Assembly: GCF_021054785.1 (NCBI RefSeq)
Contig: NZ_CP088239.1
Span: 120,001 to 152,000, forward strand
Source of the DNA: Tannockella kyphosi
GTDB lineage: Bacteria > Bacillota_I > Bacilli_A > Erysipelotrichales > Coprobacillaceae
Length of the DNA stretch: 32,000 bases
Direction of reading: 5' to 3'
This document shows positions 18,052 through 26,713 of this stretch, one piece after another. The position numbers were made by a program, and so were the translations under genes. The notes under the pieces were generated by a model that did no database searches, was not told the origin of the DNA, and saw only the letters and a program-made list of their open reading frames with translations. The first letter of the stretch is position 1; every line of letters begins with the position of its first letter.

Positions 18052-19587
18052 CTATGATTTTTCAGTAATTTTTATGTTTTCAGGCAACTCTGTTGCCCAA
18101 GGCATAATATTTTCTAGATCTTTCTCATCATGTAAGTCAATATTAGGCAAGATATTTAATATATATTCTAAGTATGCTTGTGGATTTAGTTTGTTTAGTT
18201 TTGCACTTTCTACAATACTGTAGTAACAACTAGATGCACGTGCTCCATGAGGAGATGTAGAGAACATCCAATTTTTCCTACCAATTGTGAATGGACGTAT
18301 CGCTCTTTCTAGGCTGTTATTTGATAGTTCAATTCTACCGTCATCTAAATAAGTACGTAGTTTACTTTCTTGATTTACACAATACGTAATGGCTTGTTGT
18401 AATTTCTTGTTTACAATCTTTCCTTGATTTGCTTCATGGATTCTTTCCATCATTTCATAAAAGATTGGTTTTGCCTTCGTTTGTCGTAAACTAGTTATTT
18501 CTAGATAGGACATATCTTTTGTTTCTTTTTCTATATGAAATAGTTGGTTCATTAATATAACTATTTGATTCGAAAAAGAATCACTTATATCAGTACCTTT
18601 TGGGGCACTATCTAGTACTTCTATAAATTTTCTTCGGGCATGAGCCATACATCCTGCTTGTGTTACATCTTCTAGTTTATCATATGCTTGATAGCCATCA
18701 GATTGTACAATCTGATGATATCCTTCTAGATGTTTCTTTGCACAGTCATGACCTCTAGTTGGTTCATAGTGAAATAGTACTAGTTGCTTTTCTTCACTGC
18801 GACCACTCTTATATGCCCACATATAGGATTTTGTAGAAGCTGCTATCCCTTGTTCACGTAATACTTGTACCGTTGTTTCATCTGCTCCAATGTATTCCAT
18901 TTGTAGTAAACAACGATGCATATATGCTTGAACATCCTTTAGGTAGTAATCATAAAGTTTCACTAACCAGTTGGACATTGTTTGTCTAGTAATGAGTAAG
19001 TTTGTCCTCTTATAATCCATCTCTTGACGATATAGTGGTAAAGATAAACAAAACTTATTATAGATAATCGTACTAGCCACACTAGCAGATAAGAAACTTT
19101 TTGGTAGTAAGGCAATTGGTGCTTTTCCTTTTACAAAGTTTGCTTTTTCTTCATTGCATGCATCACATGTATAAACATATTGAACATGTTCAATGACTTT
19201 ATAGCTAGCAGGAATATATACTAATTCTTTACGTATATTTTCACTTACTTTACGTAATGGAGCATGACATAGATTACATGTTTTCTCTTCTACGTCATAA
19301 ACAATACGTTCTACTGGGAATAGTGATAAGTCTTGTTCTCTTTTCCCTTTTTTCTTTTTACGTTTATAAGTAATCTCTTCTAGTTCTGGTTCTACTTTTA
19401 TTGGTGTTTGTTCTATTTCTACTTCATCAAATAAAGATAACTGTTCAGGTAAGTCTGTCTTTTCAGATTTCTTTCCATACATATTTTTTTGAAGAAGTTT
19501 TATCTGTTGTTGATACCAATCTAGTTGTTCTTCTAGGGTAGAAATATGATCAATTAATTGTTCTTTTGATAGCTTATTTAAGTCCAT
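18052..19587 (-). CDS. tnpC: IS66-family transposase TnpC (511 aa)
   Basis: N-terminal coiled coil, zinc finger CNLCHAPL...CDACNEE, DDE region GADETTVQVL / VQSDGYQAYD, and hallmark SNNSLERAIRPFTIGRKNWMFS. Confidence 0.9.
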   Translation of the reverse strand: MDLNKLSKEQLIDHISTLEEQLDWYQQQIKLLQKNMYGKKSEKTDLPEQLSLFDEVEIEQTPIKVEPELEEITYKRKKKKGKREQDLSLFPVERIVYDVEEKTCNLCHAPLRKVSENIRKELVYIPASYKVIEHVQYVYTCDACNEEKANFVKGKAPIALLPKSFLSASVASTIIYNKFCLSLPLYRQEMDYKRTNLLITRQTMSNWLVKLYDYYLKDVQAYMHRCLLQMEYIGADETTVQVLREQGIAASTKSYMWAYKSGRSEEKQLVLFHYEPTRGHDCAKKHLEGYHQIVQSDGYQAYDKLEDVTQAGCMAHARRKFIEVLDSAPKGTDISDSFSNQIVILMNQLFHIEKETKDMSYLEITSLRQTKAKPIFYEMMERIHEANQGKIVNKKLQQAITYCVNQESKLRTYLDDGRIELSNNSLERAIRPFTIGRKNWMFSTSPHGARASSCYYSIVESAKLNKLNPQAYLEYILNILPNIDLHDEKDLENIMPWATELPENIKITEKS

Positions 19588-19637
19588 TTTCTTCCCTCGC
19601 TTTTCCTATATATTATACCAAAAAAAGGGTTATTTTT

Positions 19638-19997
19638 CTATAAAATAAGCCCTGTTTTTTGACTATTTGATAAGAATTTTGATTCCATATCTAAGCCTTG
19701 TAATAACCAATTTAATTGTACACTTGTAATTGTTTTCACCTGTTTAGTTTCATCTACTACATACTGAAATCTGCCTTGCTCTAGTCGCTTTAGAAACAAC
19801 CAAAACCCATTGTTTTCATAATAGAGGATCTTTATTCTTGTTCTGTTTTTATTGATGAACAAGAATAAAGAATGATCTAATACATCTAATTCAAAGGATT
19901 GATGGACCAGTAAAGCTAGTCCATCAATCGATTTCCTCATATCTACGTAATTGGTAGATAGATAAATATGTTTCACTTCTTCTGTATTAAGTATCAT
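19638..19997 (-). CDS. tnpB: IS66 Orf2-like accessory protein TnpB (119 aa)
   Basis: Motif VDMRKSIDGLALLV is typical of IS66 Orf2. The start overlaps the tnpA stop (ATGA-type overlap, 19994-19997). Confidence 0.85.
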   Translation of the reverse strand: MILNTEEVKHIYLSTNYVDMRKSIDGLALLVHQSFELDVLDHSLFLFINKNRTRIKILYYENNGFWLFLKRLEQGRFQYVVDETKQVKTITSVQLNWLLQGLDMESKFLSNSQKTGLIL

Positions 19998-20290
19998 GCA
20001 TCTACTCCAAGTAATGAACGCAATACATGAATATCACCTTTAATAGAAACACCATTTATTTCCATACGTATATCTTGATTCGTAGTAACAAGAACCGGTT
20101 CAAACACAACTGGTGTTACAGTTTCTACTATTTTCTTTTTTTTATACTTTGTGAGAAAGGCACGTTTTTGATAAAAAGTACTTTCCCCAATATCATGTTG
20201 CTTACAAAAGTCTACAAGTGATAAAGTGGTTGATTCAAACTCCTTGAGTATTTTTATCCACTTTTCATCACTTAATTTATGTCCTCGCAT
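19994..20290 (-). CDS. tnpA: IS66 Orf1-like HTH accessory protein TnpA (98 aa from ATG 20290)
   Basis: GGAGG lies 8 nt upstream of the ATG at 20290 (MRGHKLSDEKWIKILKEF...). The listed ORF start at 20323 has no SD. Position and size fit IS66 orf1. Confidence 0.75.
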   Translation of the reverse strand: MRGHKLSDEKWIKILKEFESTTLSLVDFCKQHDIGESTFYQKRAFLTKYKKKKIVETVTPVVFEPVLVTTNQDIRMEINGVSIKGDIHVLRSLLGVDA

Positions 20291-20491
20291 AAAATCACCT
20301 CCTACATGAACCAAGTATAGCATTGTAGCAGGTGACTAGATAGTGCCGTTATATTTGACGCTTACATATAAATTAAGAAAAGAAGGGAAATCAATAGGGA
20401 AACTTAGTAAAGAGTACAAATTGGTTATTAATAATTTAAAGTATGTGATTCGGTTAATAGAAAGATACAAAATAGAAATATCAAAAAGAAA

Positions 20492-20600
20492 ATGAAATTA
20501 TTATTAATTAATGAACATGGTGCAGGCACTTGACTCTAGTTCTAAAACTTTGTAGAAAACTCTCTATTTTGTAAAAAAAGAATTTCAACATACATAGAAC
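20492..20600 (+). repeat. cassette-boundary repeat R2 (left half missing; mini-ORF remnant plus right half)
   Basis: ATGAAATTATTATTAATTAATGAACATGGTGCAGGCACTTGACTCTAGTTCTAAAAC... aligns with R1 10678-10793, including the distal ATTTCAACATACATAGAAC. No terminator hairpin or leader lies upstream. Confidence 0.8.
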
Positions 20601-20783
20601 ATACCAAAGACATCGATAAAATCATAAACTTTTAATGATAGGTGATATTGGTATTTATTTTGTGAAGAATAGTAAGAGTGATAGAAAAGTTTGTGTTTAT
20701 TTGTGTTTGGACATAGCAATGTAAAGATTTATATTTACTGGGTATATTAGTAGTAAGCACGGTAGATTAATTATTGAAATCGT

Positions 20784-20812
20784 TTGATTTAACGATGTAT
20801 CTGTGCTATATT
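20784..20812 (+). promoter_or_regulatory. sigma70-type promoter of the toxIN-like locus
   Basis: TTGATT (20784-20789), 17-nt spacer, TATATT (20807-20812) preceded by TGc (extended -10). Confidence 0.6.
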
Positions 20813-20837
20813 TTAGTTGTCAAGAGAATTAAAAATT

Positions 20838-20895
20838 GGAGAACCATAGCCTGAGTTGGATCTATTAAATCGGAGAACCATAGCCTGAGTTGGAT
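20838..20895 (+). ncRNA. candidate type III antitoxin RNA: tandem direct repeats, 34-nt period
   Basis: GGAGAACCATAGCCTGAGTTGGAT occurs twice without mismatch (20838-20861, 20872-20895). Flanking sequence (AGTTG..TTAAA upstream, GCAATAGAC downstream) looks like partial units. It sits between a promoter and a terminator, immediately upstream of a ToxN-family ORF. Confidence 0.65.
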
Positions 20896-20904
20896 GCAAT
20901 AGAC

Positions 20905-20943
20905 TAAAAAACAGGGAAATACATTAAGTATCCCTGTTTTTTG
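20905..20943 (+). terminator. intrinsic terminator between the repeats and the toxin gene
   Basis: AAAAAACAGGGA, loop AATACATTAAGTA, TCCCTGTTTTTT: a 7-bp GC-containing stem extended by A/T runs, followed by a T-run. Confidence 0.7.
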
Positions 20944-20967
20944 TTTAAAGAAAGAGAGGTAAAATTC

Positions 20968-22707
20968 ATGAGGTTTTATAAAGTGAATACTAGGTATTTA
21001 GAACATATACATAAATATGATAACAATATTATTTCAACAAAAGAAATGATTGGAATACCCGTTCGTTTAAGAGGGAAAATATATTTTCTACCTGTGTGTA
21101 CTCTTTCTAAAAATGATTTTGATAATGATGGAAATTTGCGTAAAACGAATCCTGCAATATTAAGATTGATTGATTTAAAATCAAACAAGGCTATTGGTAA
21201 GTGTTTGTTTTCTAATATGTTACCAGTTCCATATAATGAATTAGAGATTGTAATATTTGATGAACTAACAGGTAATAGAATTTTATATGAAAAACAATTA
21301 AATTATTTACAGAAAAATTATAGTAGAATTAATAAGGCAGCAAACAGAATATATAGTCAAAAAGAAAAAGGCTACAAACATACATATTTAAATAAAACAG
21401 TAAACTTTAAAAAAATAGAAAAATATGCTTTGGAGTGGGAATTAGAGAAGTATGGCAAACACTACAATAGATTTCCTGACTCTAACTTCTTTTTAACCAA
21501 CCCACAGGCAGATGGTGTAGGTGAATATTATTTGATGAATAAACATCATAAAGTTGCTAGAATACTTTATAATCATCAGTCAAATGATATCCAAGTAGTG
21601 GAACTATTAGAAAAGGAATATGCTCCATTAGAGTGTATAGTTAAAGAAGGCATCCTAGATAAAGATGTTTCAAGTTGGTTCCGTAATAGAGGAATACCAT
21701 CATGGAGAGATGGACTAGATGACTTTTTAGATAATTTAGGTATATCAGATAAAGATATATTATTAAGTAAAGCATTTGGGCTGTCTTTAACTGATCAGTA
21801 TTGGTTAAATCCACTGTCGATGCCAATGGAATGGGATGATATCAATTTTTTTGATAATGATTTCTATACACAAAATTATAAAGAAGCAATATTTCAAAAC
21901 AAGATACAAGATGCTTATAAAGTTAATCTTTTTACCCCTAATAATACTTCTGATGGTATGTTAAAAAAAGTATGGATTTGTGAGAATGGTGAACGTTATT
22001 TGTTAAAAGGATCGTATAATGAAAAGGGATTAGAGCCATTTAATGAGGTTTTAGCTTCAATGATCAGTGACGTTCTTGGACTTGAGTATGTATATTATTG
22101 CGTGGAAACATGCTATGGGAGTATGGTCTCTAAATGTGCGTGTTTTATTGATGGTGATACAGAACTGATATCTGCTTATTCAGTACTAAAAAATGCTGGA
22201 ATTGGTATGGTTAGCGAACTTGATTCAGTAGCTGTATATAGCCAATATAAGCAAATATTACTCAAACAAGGGATAGTTTCACCTGGTAGGTCGCTTGTAA
22301 AGATGTTTTTACTAGATTATATTATCCTGAATGAAGATCGTCATTTAGGTAATTTTGGCATTATCAGAGATGTGGAAACACTAGAGTGGAGATGTGTAGC
22401 ACCAAACTTCGATAGTGGGCAGTCAATGAATTCACAAAAAAAAGCATATGAGATGGACTTTGATCATGCAAAAGGATGTTTCTTTCATGATAAAAATATT
22501 GATTTTGAAAACATATTGTCTTTTATAAAGGAAGATATTGACTTTGAAATAACTTTTGGGAAACTGTATGACGTTGTCAAAGAGTGGAAAAAACTTTTAA
22601 AGGATTATCAAGCTGTGTCTGTTTTAAACGAGGATATTATTGATACTCTTGTAAAGGGATTGCAAATACGTATAGAAATGCTAGAAAACAAGTTAAATGA
22701 AAAATAA
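20968..22707 (+). CDS. ToxN/AbiQ-family endoribonuclease domain fused to a HipA-like Ser/Thr kinase domain (579 aa)
   Basis: AGAGAGG SD precedes ATG 20968. The N-terminal ~165 aa resemble ToxN/AbiQ (MRFYKVNTRYLEHIHKYDNNI, IGIPVRLRGKIYFLPV, LYEKQLNYLQKNYSRINKAANRIY). The C-terminal part has HipA-like motifs (GLSLTDQYWLNP, YLLKGSYNEKGLEPFNEVLAS, LNEDRHLGNFGII, VAPNFDSGQS). Confidence 0.8.
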   Translation: MRFYKVNTRYLEHIHKYDNNIISTKEMIGIPVRLRGKIYFLPVCTLSKNDFDNDGNLRKTNPAILRLIDLKSNKAIGKCLFSNMLPVPYNELEIVIFDELTGNRILYEKQLNYLQKNYSRINKAANRIYSQKEKGYKHTYLNKTVNFKKIEKYALEWELEKYGKHYNRFPDSNFFLTNPQADGVGEYYLMNKHHKVARILYNHQSNDIQVVELLEKEYAPLECIVKEGILDKDVSSWFRNRGIPSWRDGLDDFLDNLGISDKDILLSKAFGLSLTDQYWLNPLSMPMEWDDINFFDNDFYTQNYKEAIFQNKIQDAYKVNLFTPNNTSDGMLKKVWICENGERYLLKGSYNEKGLEPFNEVLASMISDVLGLEYVYYCVETCYGSMVSKCACFIDGDTELISAYSVLKNAGIGMVSELDSVAVYSQYKQILLKQGIVSPGRSLVKMFLLDYIILNEDRHLGNFGIIRDVETLEWRCVAPNFDSGQSMNSQKKAYEMDFDHAKGCFFHDKNIDFENILSFIKEDIDFEITFGKLYDVVKEWKKLLKDYQAVSVLNEDIIDTLVKGLQIRIEMLENKLNEK

Positions 22708-22715
22708 ATCAGATA

Positions 22716-22747
22716 AAAACAACCAGATTCTTTTTGGTTGTTTTTAT
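22716..22747 (+). terminator. intrinsic terminator of the ToxN-HipA gene
   Basis: AAAAACAACCA, loop GATTCTTT, TGGTTGTTTTT, followed by a T-run, 9 nt after the stop codon. Confidence 0.75.
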
Positions 22748-22751
22748 CTGT

Positions 22752-22878
22752 ATTAGGACAATGCACATACACCTACCTTATCTTACTCATATAGCAAGTA
22801 AAAAAGTGAGAAATGTATTATTATCAATTAGTGACCATGGTGCTGTACTTAACCCTAGTATTAAAGTTATCAATAAAA
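22752..22878 (+). repeat. cassette-boundary repeat R3 (degenerate, lacks the terminator hairpin)
   Basis: ATTAGGACAATGCACATACACCTACCTTATCTTACTCATATAGCAAGT...GTGACCATGGTGCTGTACTTAACCCTAGTATTAAAGTTATC aligns with R6/R1 with many substitutions. Confidence 0.75.
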
Positions 22879-23158
22879 CCACCTTATCACGATAAACTAG
22901 AAAACATAAGATTTTTCATAAAACACATTTTACAAATACTTTATTGGGGATAGAAGCTGTATAAAATACAAGACTATACTCTCAGGAAAGAAATTATTTC
23001 TAGCATACAAAATGGGAAGAAGTAAACAAATTCCTCAATTTTCTACCTCGTGGAGGAGTACTGTTATCTGCTGTAGACATAAAATGAATTTGATGGATAT
23101 GAGAAAAAGAGAATAAGAAGTGTAGGCACCGGCAACAATGTAGATGTATAAGATAGGG

Positions 23159-23187
23159 TTGACAAAACTGTATTTCATAGTATTATT
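23159..23187 (+). promoter_or_regulatory. candidate promoter of the abiE-like operon
   Basis: TTGACA (23159-23164), 16-nt spacer, TATTAT (23181-23186). Confidence 0.4.
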
Positions 23188-23247
23188 TAAGTAAACACCC
23201 ACAAATATATAGCAAGTGTGGGCTTTTGGTGGAAGGTGGTGATACAT

Positions 23248-23790
23248 TTGTTAAAAACATATGAAGAATGTATAGCAGAGTTTGGTTCAAATCATTATCT
23301 TGATAAAGCAATTGAAAGTGGTCGGTTATTTAAAATAGAAAAAGGTATATATTCTGATGAGCAGTTACCTTCACAATTATCAGTTGTTGTTTTTAAGTAT
23401 CCAAATACTATAATGACCATGGAATCAGCTTTTTATTATCATGGATTGACTGATAGTATTCCAGATGAGTATGTGCTATGCACAGAAAGAAATGGAACTA
23501 AAATTAAGGATATAAGAATAAAGCAAATTTTTTGTCAGAAAAAATTATTTTTAATTGGAAAAAGCAAAATGGAATATCAGGGCATAAAATTAAACATTTA
23601 TGATAGAGAAAGAATGTTGATTGAGTTAGTCAGAAACAGAGAGAAACTACCCTATGATTATTATAAAGAAATCATCAGAAGCTATCGTGATAAGCTCTTT
23701 GATTTGGATATAGAAAAAATGCAAGAATACATTAGGCAGTTTCCAGGAAGCAAAACTATTAATGAAGTGATTGCTAGGGAGGTTTTTTAG
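23248..23790 (+). CDS. abiEi: AbiEi/AbiGi-family antitoxin-like protein (start uncertain: TTG 23248 or GTG 23218-23242)
   Basis: GAAGGTGG lies upstream of TTG 23248. Motifs GRLFKIEKGIYS and ESAFYYHGLTD are typical of the AbiEi_4/AbiGi N-terminal wHTH family. It overlaps the downstream AbiEii-like gene by 1 nt (TAGTG). Confidence 0.7.
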   Translation: MLKTYEECIAEFGSNHYLDKAIESGRLFKIEKGIYSDEQLPSQLSVVVFKYPNTIMTMESAFYYHGLTDSIPDEYVLCTERNGTKIKDIRIKQIFCQKKLFLIGKSKMEYQGIKLNIYDRERMLIELVRNREKLPYDYYKEIIRSYRDKLFDLDIEKMQEYIRQFPGSKTINEVIAREVF

Positions 23791-24593
23791 TGAATATAAA
23801 AGAGCACATAAATAGAATATACGCAGAAGGGTACAGTGAAGCAAACGCAGAGGCAAAACTCTGTCAGGATATTATTCTTGAGTTACTATCTAAAAGCTCC
23901 TTAAATCAAAATGTCACCATAAAGGGCGGTGTGGTAATGAGAAGTATATCGGATAATGTGAGAAGAGCAACACAGGATATAGATATTGACTTTATCCGAT
24001 ATTCGTTAGAAGAAAATTCAATTAGAACATTTTTGGATAAACTTAATGAGGCAGGGTCAGGAGAAATAACACTATCTATAGTAGGAAATATAGAAGAATT
24101 GAAACAACAGGATTATCACGGGAAACGAATCCATGTAGAAATAACAGATACTACAGGAATAAAATTAATGAGCAAAATAGATCTTGGAGTACATAAAAGG
24201 TTGGAAATCACACAAGAAGAATATTGCTTTGATATTGGTTTTAATAAAGAAGGAGCAAGTCTCTTAATCAATTCCAAAGAACAGATTCTAACAGAAAAAC
24301 TTCGTTCTATTTTAAGATTTGGAAGTTATTCTACAAGATATAAAGATATTTATGATATCTATTATCTACTAGGAAGCATTGATAATGAAAAGCTAGAACA
24401 TTGCTTGGATCTGTACATATACCAAGATAACAAAATGAGAGAAAACAATAAAGAGGATATTTATAAAAGAGTTTATGAGACATTAACAGATACTAGCTAT
24501 TTAAAAAAACTAAACACATCGAAAAGAAACTGGCTAGATGTATCAAATAACGAAGTTGTTTCAGGTATTATACAGGCATTGCAGGAACTGTGA
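23790..24593 (+). CDS. abiEii: AbiEii/AbiGii-family nucleotidyltransferase toxin (267 aa)
   Basis: IKGGVVMRSISDNVRRATQDIDIDF matches the GG...R.T.DID nucleotidyltransferase motif of AbiEii/AbiGii. GTG start coupled to the upstream gene. Confidence 0.75.
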   Translation: MNIKEHINRIYAEGYSEANAEAKLCQDIILELLSKSSLNQNVTIKGGVVMRSISDNVRRATQDIDIDFIRYSLEENSIRTFLDKLNEAGSGEITLSIVGNIEELKQQDYHGKRIHVEITDTTGIKLMSKIDLGVHKRLEITQEEYCFDIGFNKEGASLLINSKEQILTEKLRSILRFGSYSTRYKDIYDIYYLLGSIDNEKLEHCLDLYIYQDNKMRENNKEDIYKRVYETLTDTSYLKKLNTSKRNWLDVSNNEVVSGIIQALQEL

Positions 24594-24911
24594 TATGGTC
24601 CCTTTGATAGAAACATAAGATTATCCTTCAGAAGTATGTTGGGCCCTAGAAAAATATCATATGGGATATCTTGTACAAAGCAAAATAGGATGTTATTACT
24701 TTAACTCAAAAAAAGTCTATACTTGTAGTGGAATTATAATGTCCAGAAGTAGCAGTACTTGGAGTAGCATTTCATTCACTCAAATGGTTATTTGTAAGAA
24801 TAGCACCTTTTGCTTTAGTAGGTGCAATTATTGGTATAATTGTGACTTATAAAAAATATTCTTTTATAAGTAAGAATTACTAACCATAGAAGAACTCAAC
24901 GAGTGGTGCAA

Positions 24912-25097
24912 AGTTAATTAGGATTAGTTTCTGTACAAACAGGAGCTAATCCTTTTATGTTCCTAACAATTAGGACAATGCACATACATCATTCTCATCT
25001 TCTTCATATAGTAAGTGAGGAGGTGAGAATATGAAATTATTGTTAATTAGCGGACATGGTGCATGTTCTTGACCCTAGTTCTAAAATTATCGATAAA
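24912..25097 (+). repeat. cassette-boundary repeat R4
   Basis: Hairpin GGATTAGTTTCTGT/ACAGGAGCTAATCC plus T-run (24921-24956), CCTAACAATTAGG (24962-24974), SD-sequestering hairpin, mini-ORF ATG 25031 (MKLLLISGHGACS*) and the right half TGCATGTTCTTGACCCTAGTTCTAAAATTATCGAT. Confidence 0.9.
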
Positions 25098-25206
25098 ATT
25101 TCATTTATGATTCACAATTAATTTTTAAGGACTTTTTAAAGAAATAATATAATAACTTTTGTATACCTAAAAGAAGGTAAATGTGATGTGATGGAGTGTA
25201 TGCCAC

Positions 25207-26688
25207 ATGGCAAGGGAAACAACAGAGATAATAAAAGGAAATTATTATTATGAAAGGAAATATAGTAGTATGAAAGAGGTAATGAGGGATGTAGATAAAG
25301 TTGATTTTACTAGTATGATAGAAAATAAAAAAATTGAATTTAAAGTAGAATTAAATAAAAACAAACCTATTGGATGGTTAAAAACAGTAGTAGGATATGC
25401 TAATGATAGAGGTGGAATTATATACATAGGTGTTAGTGATGAGGGGTATCCTAAAGGTTTTTATAGAAAAGAAACAGATGAAATTCAGTTATATATGGTG
25501 GATATGATGAAAAGAAGAATTGATCCTCCTATTGAATATGATATTGAACTAATAAAAATAAAGGAACGATTTATTTTAAAGTTGATAATAGAGGAAAGTA
25601 AGATAAACGTAGTTAGTTATGTTGATAGAAAAAATGATATAACTGAAATTTATATTAGAAAACATGGCTCTACAACAAAGGCAAACTTATACGATATGGC
25701 TGAATTATTTCTACGTAAAAACCCTATTCCTTTTGATGAAAGAGTGAGTGAAGAGCAGTTTGAAAACCATACTTTTCATAGTTTAAATGAGAAATATAAG
25801 GAGCTTAATAATACAATGGTAGATTTAAGTCAAAAAAAGATGCAAGCACTAGGACTAGTTAATGAAGATGGCCTTTTAACAAATGCAGGATTACTATTTG
25901 TTGATAAAAGAAAAGAAGAATTCCCACTTATTCATATGAGAAAATGGCCTGGATTTGATAAGGGGAGTGATGAAGTGATTGATAGAAAAGAATTTAGAGG
26001 GAATCTTATTGATCAATTAAATAATGCAACACTGTTTATAAGAAATAACATAAAGACAGGATTTGTAAAGTTGCCAATAGGTAGGGTAGATAAAGAATCA
26101 TATCCAATGAGGGCAGTAGTAGAAGCATTATGTAATGCTATAGCTCATAGAGACTATCTAATTGGAGGTACACAGATAGATATTGATATTTATCAAGATA
26201 GGATGGTAATCACATCACCTGGAGATTTCTTACCAATAGGTAATGCTTCTGAATATGTTTTAGAAGAAATCCCATCAAAACGAAGAAATGAAACAGTCTG
26301 TAATATATTATCTGTATGTAAATTGATGGAAAAATCGGGGAGTGGATTTGAAAAGATTGTAAAGGAATATAATAAATTCGATAAAAAATATGCACCCAGG
26401 ATTATATCAAGGCAAGATTATTTTATGATTGTATTAAAGGATGTTTTGTATGATGATAAGATTATTTCAACTCAACACACAATATCGATAGAAGAAATTA
26501 AACTTCCAAAAAACCAAAAACTTATATATGATGTAATTTGCGAAAATCCTGGACTTAGGGTTCCTGATATATCTTCAAAGAGTGGACTTAAAAAATCCAG
26601 TGTGGATAATGCGATTAGAGAATTGAAAAACAAAGAAATTATCAAATTTGTTGGAACAAGCAAAGGTGGAGGATATTACAAATTATAA
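25207..26688 (+). CDS. AlbA_2 (Schlafen-like) / HATPase_c_4 / C-terminal wHTH protein (493 aa)
   Basis: The N-terminal segment IEFKVEL...GGIIYIGVSDEG is typical of AlbA_2/Schlafen divergent-AAA DNA/RNA-binding domains. The central segment AVVEALCNAIAHRDY...ITSPGDF...SKRRNETVCNILSVCKLMEKSGSGFEKI is typical of HATPase_c_4. The C-terminal segment IYDVICENPGLRVPDISSKSGLKKSSVDNAIRELKNKEII is wHTH-like. Confidence 0.75.
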   Translation: MARETTEIIKGNYYYERKYSSMKEVMRDVDKVDFTSMIENKKIEFKVELNKNKPIGWLKTVVGYANDRGGIIYIGVSDEGYPKGFYRKETDEIQLYMVDMMKRRIDPPIEYDIELIKIKERFILKLIIEESKINVVSYVDRKNDITEIYIRKHGSTTKANLYDMAELFLRKNPIPFDERVSEEQFENHTFHSLNEKYKELNNTMVDLSQKKMQALGLVNEDGLLTNAGLLFVDKRKEEFPLIHMRKWPGFDKGSDEVIDRKEFRGNLIDQLNNATLFIRNNIKTGFVKLPIGRVDKESYPMRAVVEALCNAIAHRDYLIGGTQIDIDIYQDRMVITSPGDFLPIGNASEYVLEEIPSKRRNETVCNILSVCKLMEKSGSGFEKIVKEYNKFDKKYAPRIISRQDYFMIVLKDVLYDDKIISTQHTISIEEIKLPKNQKLIYDVICENPGLRVPDISSKSGLKKSSVDNAIRELKNKEIIKFVGTSKGGGYYKL

Positions 26689-26713
26689 ATAATTGTTATA
26701 GCTTTAAAAAAGA

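Larger units (their letters stand above)
17962..20365 (-). mobile_element. IS66-family insertion sequence with 8-bp target-site duplication
   Basis: Inverted repeats GTAAGCGTCAAAT (17962-) and ATTTGACGCTTAC (-20365). Perfect 8-bp direct repeat ATATAAAT on both flanks (17954-17961 and 20366-20373). Three-ORF IS66 organisation. Confidence 0.9.

Noticed and set aside
20838-20895. Possible CRISPR array (direct repeats)
   Set aside because: There are only two 24-nt repeats separated by 10 nt. There are no spacer-sized unique segments and no cas genes. The context fits a type III antitoxin RNA instead.
20941-20967. TTG start at 20941 for the ToxN-HipA ORF
   Set aside because: It lies inside the T-run of the upstream terminator and has no SD. 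ATG 20968 has an AGAGAGG SD and yields the MRFY... N-terminus typical of ToxN/AbiQ.
24661-24852. 63-aa ORF between the AbiEii gene and R4
   Set aside because: It has no SD and an odd composition (S/C/W-rich). Another frame (24740-24882) reads like the C-terminal TM tail of a lost membrane protein (VAVLGVAFHSLKWLFVRIAPFALVGAIIGIIVTYKKY) but has no start codon. It is probably a remnant and is not called.
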